DNA of 64,000 nucleotides from an uncultured Fibrobacteraceae bacterium (GTDB taxonomy: Bacteria > Krumholzibacteriota > Krumholzibacteriia > LZORAL124-64-63). The stretch spans positions 179,994-243,993 of the forward strand of contig CAZGEC010000001.1 in assembly GCA_964524645.1 (NCBI GenBank). Direction: 5' to 3'. Below the pieces are notes generated by a model. It ran no database searches and had not been told where the DNA came from. It saw only the letters and a list, made by a program, of their open reading frames with translations. This document shows positions 9,657 to 16,608 of the stretch, piece by piece (the stretch's first letter is position 1; every line of letters begins with the position of its first letter). The translations under genes and the position numbers were made by a program.

Positions 9657-10469
9657 CTAGGATTCGTCGCCCAGGTTCTCGGGCACCTTGGCGTTCAGGA
9701 GGTCCTGGACGATCTTGATGTTCGCGCGCGAGCGCTCGCCGATGTCTCCCTTGGGATCGGCCTTGGCCGCGGCTTCCCATTCGGTGATGGCCTCGCGGTA
9801 TATCTTCTCCTCGGCGAACATGATGGCCAGATTGTAGTGCGCAAGGGCGCTCTTCGGGTTCACGTCGAGCACGTGCAGGAAACGCGCCATGGCCTTGTCG
9901 TGCAGGGGCTGGTTCCCCTCGCGCATCTTGAGATAGAGCGCACCCAGGTTGCAGTTGGCCTTCTCGTCGTCGGGATCGATGGCGAGCGCCTTGAGGTACA
10001 TCCCCTCCGCCGTCTTCTGGAAGTCCTGCCGCTGGCGCTGCTCCTGGAACCCGTTGCCCAGCTGGGCGGATCGATCGTCCCAGAGGGAACCGAGGTTGAC
10101 GTAGGCCTCGATCAGCGTGGAATCGCGCGCCACGGCCAGCTCGAAGTTGCTCTGGGCCGAATCGAGCAGGGCGTAGACGGGATCGGCATCCCAGCCTGCA
10201 GCCTGGGCCGTCTCGGTCGCCGCGCTGTAGAACAGGTTGCCCAGCCCGTAGTACGCAAAGGCCGAATGCAGGCCCGGTCCCTGGGTCAGCACGCGGAGGC
10301 TCTCCTCACGAACCGCGACGGGCAAGTCCTCGTAGCGGGACAGGAAACGCCCCGCCGCGCTCTGCTCGGTCTGGGTCATGCATCCCCAGACGCCGGCCGC
10401 CAGCAAGCCCGTCAACCAGAGCGCGATCGCAGCGCGCCGCTCCGACCATGTCCTCGTCTCGATCTTCAT
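9657..10469 (-). CDS. TPR-repeat protein with lipoprotein-type signal (CpoB/YbgF-like size)
   Basis: 270 aa. Start MKIETRTWSERRAAIALWLTGLLAAGVWGC with GGGAG upstream. It contains several TPR-like AxxYxxLG helices. It is the last gene of the TonB-ExbB-ExbD cluster. Confidence 0.65.
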   Translation of the reverse strand: MKIETRTWSERRAAIALWLTGLLAAGVWGCMTQTEQSAAGRFLSRYEDLPVAVREESLRVLTQGPGLHSAFAYYGLGNLFYSAATETAQAAGWDADPVYALLDSAQSNFELAVARDSTLIEAYVNLGSLWDDRSAQLGNGFQEQRQRQDFQKTAEGMYLKALAIDPDDEKANCNLGALYLKMREGNQPLHDKAMARFLHVLDVNPKSALAHYNLAIMFAEEKIYREAITEWEAAAKADPKGDIGERSRANIKIVQDLLNAKVPENLGDES

Positions 10470-10508
10470 GATGACTCCCGAGCACACCCTGCAGGGTGTG
10501 CGGATGCG

Positions 10509-11774
10509 TTACCACCACTTTTCCATGCCGGTCACCGACAGCGAGAGGCGCCAGACCCTGTCTTCGAGGCCGTTCTCGCCGAGATCACCGATCCAGCCGT
10601 GGGACAGCGCGACATCAAGACTACCGGCATTTCCATGGAAGGGAAAGCCCGTTCCCACGGCGACCCTCAACTCGCGAATGTCCGCGCCCCCCACCTTGTA
10701 GGCCCAGCGGTGCAGGCTCGCGCCGAGACGCAATGGCAGATTGCCCCACGGGTTCCGCCGCGCGGTGCCGCGCAGCCTTTCGACGCCGCAGGAAAGATGC
10801 CACTCGTCCACCATGTCCTGCTGCCAGTCCTCCCGGCCCCGGAATCGTGAGAAGGCGCTGAACTGGTAATCCGCCCCGCAACGCCAGCGTTCCCCGATCC
10901 GGTAATCGGCGCCGGCGGCCCAGGCATAGGGCCAGTCCAGGTGATAGCTGGATTCGGCCTTCCGGGCCACGTTCTCGATCTGCACCGTGCGCTTCACGTC
11001 CACCCCATGGCCCGGGGTGAAGGTGGCACCCAGCCGCAGCCGCGTGTGGGGCTGCAGCTGCAGAGCCAGCGTGCTGGAGGTTCCGCTGAACTCGTCCTCC
11101 TGGATGTGGCTGGGCACGAGGAAATCGGGGACGCCGTTGCTGTCGGCATCGAAGATGAAGAAGTCGTTCAGCACTTCCCGGATATTGCCCCGCACGAGGT
11201 TCAGCCCTGCCGCCAGCCCCAGCCGGGACCAGGGACGCCAGGAGAGGATCAGCGGGATGTCGAACTGCGTGCCCTGGCGCACGAACTCCCTGTCGTACGG
11301 CACGAGCTGGCCCTCGAGGAGGGTGCTGTACCGGCTCACGGTCGTGTACTGCGTGGCGCGGCGGGCCTGAAAACCCGTCGAGAAGACGAGCCGCCCTCCC
11401 TGCAGTGGAATGGCCGCGCGCACGTTGGGGGTGAAGGTGCGGCGCGTCCTGCGCTCGGTGTCGGCCGTCCTGCTGTCGCTGCTCTCGGCGTAGCCGCTCA
11501 GCAGGATGGTCAGGGCGTTCAGCTCTGCCAGGCCCGCCGGGTTCTTGAAGGCCGGGTTCAGCGTGTCGTGCTCGGCCAGCCCCCAGCCGCCCCGGCCCTC
11601 CATGCGCGCATCGGTGCTGCGCACGTCGGCGCCGATGTTGACCAGAGCGAAGGGGCTCTGCCCCCTGGCCGTCGCCGGCGCCAGCAAGTCGCACGCGGCC
11701 CCCATCACCGCGAGGGTCAGCCCCCCCAGGAGCAGGGCTGTCGTCGATCCTCCCCTGCCGCTCCGCCCCCTCAC
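10509..11774 (-). CDS. Outer-membrane beta-barrel protein, PorV/PorQ-like N-terminal motif
   Basis: 421 aa with a signal peptide and alternating beta-strand pattern ending in aromatic W. The N-terminal motif ARMEGRGGWGLAEHDTLNPAFKNPAGLAEL matches the motif in the 442-aa OMP at 41772..43100. Start overlaps the upstream gene by 4 nt. Confidence 0.6.
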   Translation of the reverse strand: MRGRSGRGGSTTALLLGGLTLAVMGAACDLLAPATARGQSPFALVNIGADVRSTDARMEGRGGWGLAEHDTLNPAFKNPAGLAELNALTILLSGYAESSDSRTADTERRTRRTFTPNVRAAIPLQGGRLVFSTGFQARRATQYTTVSRYSTLLEGQLVPYDREFVRQGTQFDIPLILSWRPWSRLGLAAGLNLVRGNIREVLNDFFIFDADSNGVPDFLVPSHIQEDEFSGTSSTLALQLQPHTRLRLGATFTPGHGVDVKRTVQIENVARKAESSYHLDWPYAWAAGADYRIGERWRCGADYQFSAFSRFRGREDWQQDMVDEWHLSCGVERLRGTARRNPWGNLPLRLGASLHRWAYKVGGADIRELRVAVGTGFPFHGNAGSLDVALSHGWIGDLGENGLEDRVWRLSLSVTGMEKWW

Positions 11775-13087
11775 GGCGCACCTCCGGTCAGGTCGTCGGC
11801 CCGCGTGTAGACGATCTTCAGGTAGGGCCGCAGGCTGTCGGCCGCCCCGGTGCCGTGGAAGACGTACCGCATCAGGTAGAAATCGGGATTGGGACCGAGA
11901 TCCTCGGAGGGAAAGAAGCTCTCCCCGGCCGTCAGGATCAGGCGGGCCGGTCCCGCGAAAGCCCCGTTGACGGCCCGCTGCGCCGTCGAGGTCACGTTGA
12001 ACTCCAGGCGGGTCTCGGTGACCGGGTCGATGTTGGTCCGCCCCGTCACGCGGTCGACGGCCGCCCGCAGCTGGCTCAGCGTCACGGTGTCTTCCGGCGC
12101 AGGGGCGAAATCCGGCCCGATCTCGGAGATCACGATGCTCTGGAGGGGACCGTAGCTCCGCGCCGTGTCGTTGACGACGCCCAGGACGGCGCGCTCGATG
12201 AAGACGGCGGGCGGCAGCAGATCCAGGTCGAAGGCCAGGTAGGGATAGCTGCGCAGGTAGGTGCGCAGCGTGAAGTTCTCGGTGAAGTCCTGCGGGATTG
12301 GATCCAGCCGCTGCAGGGTGCTCAGGTCGACGCTCGGCAGCAGCCGCGCGAAGGTATTGGGTGGATCGCGGAACTCCACGTTCAGCGCGGGACCGACCAG
12401 GGTCCCTTGAAGGTCCGGGTCGATCAGGCTCCCGGCGTAGGGGAAGCCCTTGCCCGCGAAGCCCAGCAGGCCGGGATCGTTCCCCGGCACGTCCGCCTCC
12501 TGCACCAGGATGCCCTGATGCGAGGCCGGATCCTCGTACCAGTTCACGAACTTCTGCTTATCCAAGTAGAAGAACAGGATGGCGTTGGCGTCCCGCTCAT
12601 CGAGAACCGGATTCAGCGGATTCGGATTGACGGTCGGCGGCGGACCCGGGAACTGGTCCGTCGTGAACGGCTCGGTCACTTCCAGGATCTCGTAGTACTT
12701 CGAGATTCTCGTGCTGTCGGCGGTGAGTTCATGCTGATAGAAGTCGACCAGGTAGAGAAACAGCCTGAAGGACTTGATGTTGGCGGTGTCGACGACGGCC
12801 TGGCTGAAGGTGTCGGCGAAGGTCGCGAAGTCGTACCGGGCCAGGATGGAGGATTCCTCCGTACCCTGACGCCCGAAGTAGAGGATCTGGTGGTCCGCAT
12901 AGGGCACGTTCGGTTCCGTCACGCGGACGTTGCCATGGCCCGCGAGCTGCTCCACGCGGACGGGCACCAGCAGGCTGTCGAAATGAGCCTGGGGCAGCTC
13001 CGCCCCCACGATGTTGGAATGCTCGCTGGTGCAACCTCCGGCCAGCACCCCCGCTCCGGCGAGCAGCCCGGCCAGCAGGATGGCCAT
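11771..13087 (-). CDS. Lipoprotein, hypothetical
   Basis: ORF 11771..13327. Start chosen at M81 (MAILLAGLLAGAGVLAGGC, lipobox LAGGC). No recognisable domains. Lies between exbD and the PorV-like OMP. Confidence 0.55.
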   Translation of the reverse strand: MAILLAGLLAGAGVLAGGCTSEHSNIVGAELPQAHFDSLLVPVRVEQLAGHGNVRVTEPNVPYADHQILYFGRQGTEESSILARYDFATFADTFSQAVVDTANIKSFRLFLYLVDFYQHELTADSTRISKYYEILEVTEPFTTDQFPGPPPTVNPNPLNPVLDERDANAILFFYLDKQKFVNWYEDPASHQGILVQEADVPGNDPGLLGFAGKGFPYAGSLIDPDLQGTLVGPALNVEFRDPPNTFARLLPSVDLSTLQRLDPIPQDFTENFTLRTYLRSYPYLAFDLDLLPPAVFIERAVLGVVNDTARSYGPLQSIVISEIGPDFAPAPEDTVTLSQLRAAVDRVTGRTNIDPVTETRLEFNVTSTAQRAVNGAFAGPARLILTAGESFFPSEDLGPNPDFYLMRYVFHGTGAADSLRPYLKIVYTRADDLTGGAP

Positions 13088-13223
13088 CCGCCGCCGGGAC
13101 CGTCTTGCTGTGCGTCTTGCCCGTATCCGCAAGCTCTCTCCCCTCCGCGCCGGCGCGCGGCCGGACGCATCGAGCGGGAATTCTAGGTCCGGGTCGGGAC
13201 GGGCGTCAAGCCGCGCCGGCGAC

Positions 13224-13640
13224 TCAGGGGGTTTCCGGACGTCGCGCCGAGAGGCTGACCCGCGTGTAACCGCTCTCCTTGACCAGATCGATGAGCCGCA
13301 CGACGTCCCCGTGGCTGGCGCTGGCATCGGCGCGCAGGATGATGCGGTCGTCGCCGCCGGCGGCCAGGAGCTGCCGCAGGGCGGGCTCGAGCCGGTCCAG
13401 GTTCAGGGGCTGGTCGTTGAGATAAACGTCGCCTTCCGCGGTCAGGTACAACACCGCCGTCGTGACAGGAGTTTCCACCGCCGATGCGGAACGCGGCAGC
13501 ACGAGGTTGATGGCCGGCTGGTCACGGAACTGCGAGGTCACCATGAAGAAGATGAGCATCAGGAACATCACGTCGATCAGCGAGGTGACGTTGATGATCA
13601 GGCGGCTGCCCTTGCGTGGCGGCAGGAAGTCCATGGTCAT
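13224..13640 (-). CDS. exbD: Biopolymer transport protein ExbD/TolR
   Basis: MTMDFLPPRKGSRLIINVTSLIDVMFLMLIFFMV is a typical ExbD N-terminal TM. Start overlaps the exbB stop (ATGA). Confidence 0.85.
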   Translation of the reverse strand: MTMDFLPPRKGSRLIINVTSLIDVMFLMLIFFMVTSQFRDQPAINLVLPRSASAVETPVTTAVLYLTAEGDVYLNDQPLNLDRLEPALRQLLAAGGDDRIILRADASASHGDVVRLIDLVKESGYTRVSLSARRPETP

Positions 13641-14305
13641 CCCGCCTTGATCTCGACGCCGCTGCGGGAACGCTCGGCCCTGCCTTCGATCTGCTTGCGC
13701 CGCAACGTGTCGAGCACCTTGGTCGCATAGCACTCCAGATCGAAGACGATCCGCTTGGCGCGGGATTCAAGCCAGTTGTGGGCCACCAGGGCCGGGATGC
13801 CGATGGCCAGGCCGAAGGCCGTCGTGTACATGGCCTCGGAGATTCCGCCCGACAGGCTCTCGGCGTCACCCAGGCCCTGCGCCGAGATGGACGTGAACAC
13901 CCGGATCATGCCCGTGACGGTACCGAGCAGCCCCAGCAGCGGCGCCACGGCCGCCACCGTTTCCAGGATCCCTAGGTGGCGGGTCAGGCGCACCGACTCC
14001 TGCCGCCCGGCCTCCTGCAGAGCGTCCCGGATGATCTCCCATTCGTCTCCGGCGTGGTCCAGTCCGGTGCGCACCAGGTTCGCGAAGGGTCCCGGCTTGC
14101 GGTCCAGGATGGCGTAGGCCACGGAGAAATCGCTGGCCCGCTCGAGGGTTTCCACGGCCTCGACGATCTCGGGGATCACGATCCGGTGATGGCGGAGGGC
14201 CAGCAGGCGCTCCAGGAAGAAGGCCAGCCCCACGCAGGAGCAGAGAAGAATGGGGTAAATCAGGGGCCCCGCGGCGCGGATGATCTCCCACATGTCTGCA
14301 AGCAC
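13637..14305 (-). CDS. exbB: MotA/TolQ/ExbB proton-channel protein
   Basis: 222 aa, 3 TM, with the conserved C-terminal region ...LGLLGTVTGMIRVF...EAMYTTAFGLAIGIPAL. GGAGGGAGG RBS upstream. Confidence 0.85.
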   Translation of the reverse strand: MLADMWEIIRAAGPLIYPILLCSCVGLAFFLERLLALRHHRIVIPEIVEAVETLERASDFSVAYAILDRKPGPFANLVRTGLDHAGDEWEIIRDALQEAGRQESVRLTRHLGILETVAAVAPLLGLLGTVTGMIRVFTSISAQGLGDAESLSGGISEAMYTTAFGLAIGIPALVAHNWLESRAKRIVFDLECYATKVLDTLRRKQIEGRAERSRSGVEIKAG

Positions 14306-14338
14306 CTCCCTCCGCGCGGCCTGCGCGGAGCGTTGCGG

Positions 14339-15415
14339 TCACCGATGACGCCGGGAGCGGTCGGACTCGGAACGGACCTGACGCATGAGCCTCTCGTAGG
14401 CAGGGTATTCCAGGGTGTAGTAGATCACAAGATTCTCTTCCGGGAAGTCCGCCGGCAGCGGCGCAAAGGGAGCGGCCGCCTTGATGGCCGCCACGCTGGC
14501 CTGGTGCAAGGACTCGTGGCCCACCGTGTTCTTGACTTCGAGCTTCTGCACGGTCCCGTCCCGGTTGATCACCACCAGCAGCGAGGTCTCCCCGCTCAAC
14601 AGGCCGAGGGCATAGTATGCGTAGGGAGGGATCCAGTGGCGCTGGATGTCCTGCCCGAACCTCTTCATCCAGGGAGCCCAGTTCCACTCGTAGGTGTTGA
14701 GGCTGAACTCCCCGGTGCGTATGATGTTGCCCTCGACGTCGCCCGCCGAGAGCTGATCGAACTCGAATCCCTTGTCGCCCTCCCCGCTCGCATCCTGCTT
14801 GAGGATGGAGGGTGCCGGTCCCCCAACCAGGGCAGGCAGGTCCTCGTTCTCCTGGCGGGCGTCGCCCTCGGTTTCGCTCGGGCGGGCTTCGGTCTCCTGG
14901 CGGCTGTCAGCGACCAGCTGGTCGCCCACGGAGCTGGCCTCGGCCCCCCGCTGCTCGGTCTGCTCGTCCTCGCCCTCGGCCGGCCGTGCGGGGGACTCCT
15001 GGCCCGCGCGCGTGGATGGCGGGCTGTAGACCACGCCGCCGCCGCCCAGGACTTCCTTGCTTATGTCGACCTGGTTGTATTTCGACGGCACATCGGCTGC
15101 CGGTGCGGCGTCGGCCTCGCCGCCCTCGACCTGGTCGGCGGCCCGGCTGTCATGCAGGGCCAGGAAATCGGCGCGCTCCGGCGGGGTCTCCGACGCCAGG
15201 CGGTCCGGCAGGTCCACGTAGGTCGTTGGCTGCTCGGGCTCCTGCGCCGCGACCGCATCGGGCACCACGAACAGCTCCAGCTCGCCGGGCTGAGCCCGGG
15301 CCACTCCGCTCGCGGATTCGCCGACCAACCGGGCGTTCCAGGTCAGCAGGATCACCAGCAGGTGAACCACCAGGGAAGCACCGAGCGCCCCATAAATGGT
15401 TCTGCGGTCCGTCAC
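14339..15415 (-). CDS. tonB: TonB-family energy transducer
   Basis: TonB_C domain at the C-terminus (...TGEFSLNTYEW...LLVVINRDGTVQKLEVKNTVGHESLHQASVAAIKAAAPFAPLP). Acidic/Pro-rich linker and an N-terminal TM. Start is uncertain: GTG at 15415 with GGGAG upstream is preferred over the track start at 15529. Confidence 0.7.
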   Translation of the reverse strand: MTDRRTIYGALGASLVVHLLVILLTWNARLVGESASGVARAQPGELELFVVPDAVAAQEPEQPTTYVDLPDRLASETPPERADFLALHDSRAADQVEGGEADAAPAADVPSKYNQVDISKEVLGGGGVVYSPPSTRAGQESPARPAEGEDEQTEQRGAEASSVGDQLVADSRQETEARPSETEGDARQENEDLPALVGGPAPSILKQDASGEGDKGFEFDQLSAGDVEGNIIRTGEFSLNTYEWNWAPWMKRFGQDIQRHWIPPYAYYALGLLSGETSLLVVINRDGTVQKLEVKNTVGHESLHQASVAAIKAAAPFAPLPADFPEENLVIYYTLEYPAYERLMRQVRSESDRSRRHR

Positions 15416-15603
15416 AAGCGTGCTCCCGGCGGGCCGGCATGGCTCCCGGTCCACCTGCGGGCCTTCCGGCGGAGGCCCCGGCTGCAATGTACCCTGTCCG
15501 GTACAGAATAGCAAAGCCGCGCCGAGCAACCACTTGACGTCGCCCCCGGCAAGCTCGATCCTGACGACGACGTGTCCGGCAGTCCCCCGGGGAGGCGAGC
15601 TTC

Positions 15604-16608
15604 GTGCTGTATTCCCAACGCATCACGGGCGGCGATCCTGCGCCTGATCAGATACGGGCCGCCCTCGCTGAACTGGCGGCGGCGCATCCGGATATCATCG
15701 AGTGCCAGGTGCCCTTGCGCGAGCTCACGACCTTTCGCATCGGCGGCCCCGCCCTCGGCCTCGTGCGCGTGCATACTCCGGACGAGGCCCTCAGGTTCCA
15801 GCTCCTGGCCCGGGAGCACGGCCTGCCGCTCGTCGCCCTGGGCGGTGGCAGCAACATCCTGGCGGACGACCGCGGTTTCTGCGGGCTCGTCCTGCGCCTC
15901 GAGCTGGACAGCTTCGCCGTGCGCGGCCATGCCGTCACGGCCGGTGCGGGACTGGCCTTCGATGCTCTCGTGGAGCGCAGCCTGGAAGCGGGGCTCGTGG
16001 GCCTGGAGTTCGCCTCCGGCATCCCCGGCACCGTCGGCGGCGCCGTGGTCGGAAACGCGGGCTGCCACGGCCACGAGATCGGCGAGTTCCTGCGCGAGGC
16101 CGTCGTGTTGCGGCCGGATGGCCGGATCGAGATGGTCACCCCGGCATCCCTGCAGCTGGCCTATCGCAGCTCCGCTCTCAAGTCCAGCGGCGATCTGCTG
16201 TTGGAGGCCACGCTCGAGCTGCGGTCCGGCGACGTCGGGGTTGCCCGGCAGGTCCGCCAGGAGCACCTCGCCCTGCGTCGCCGGAAGCATCCCTGGCGGG
16301 AACCGAGCGCGGGCAGCTACTTCCGCAACCTGCCCCCGGCCTCACCGGAGGGGCGGCGGCAGGCCGCCGGCGAGCTCCTCGACAGGGCCGGGGTCAAGGG
16401 GATGCGCGTGGGCGGGGCCGCGGTCTACGAGCGGCACGCCAACATCATCATCAACACGGGGGGTGCCACCTGCGCCGACGTGCTGGCCCTGGCGGCGCGC
16501 ATGAAGGCCGCGGTCCGCGAGCGGTTCGGTGTCGAGCTGCAGGAGGAGGTCCGCCACCTGCCCTGGCGCTCTGCCGGCGACCCGGATCGGCCGCCCTTCC
16601 TCACTTGA
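15604..16608 (+). CDS. murB: UDP-N-acetylenolpyruvoylglucosamine reductase
   Basis: GTG start with GGGGAGG upstream. FAD-binding and MurB C-terminal motifs are present (GGGSNIL, SGIPGTVGGAVVGNAG, SAGSYFRNLP). Confidence 0.9.
   Translation: MLYSQRITGGDPAPDQIRAALAELAAAHPDIIECQVPLRELTTFRIGGPALGLVRVHTPDEALRFQLLAREHGLPLVALGGGSNILADDRGFCGLVLRLELDSFAVRGHAVTAGAGLAFDALVERSLEAGLVGLEFASGIPGTVGGAVVGNAGCHGHEIGEFLREAVVLRPDGRIEMVTPASLQLAYRSSALKSSGDLLLEATLELRSGDVGVARQVRQEHLALRRRKHPWREPSAGSYFRNLPPASPEGRRQAAGELLDRAGVKGMRVGGAAVYERHANIIINTGGATCADVLALAARMKAAVRERFGVELQEEVRHLPWRSAGDPDRPPFLT

Noticed and set aside
9657-15415. Canonical Tol-Pal system (tolQRA-tolB-pal-cpoB)
   Set aside because: The TolA-position protein has a clear TonB_C domain. 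There is no TolB-like propeller and no OmpA-domain lipoprotein in this cluster. It is described instead as a Ton-type motor with a PorV-like barrel; the Tol-like analogy is noted only as an alternative.
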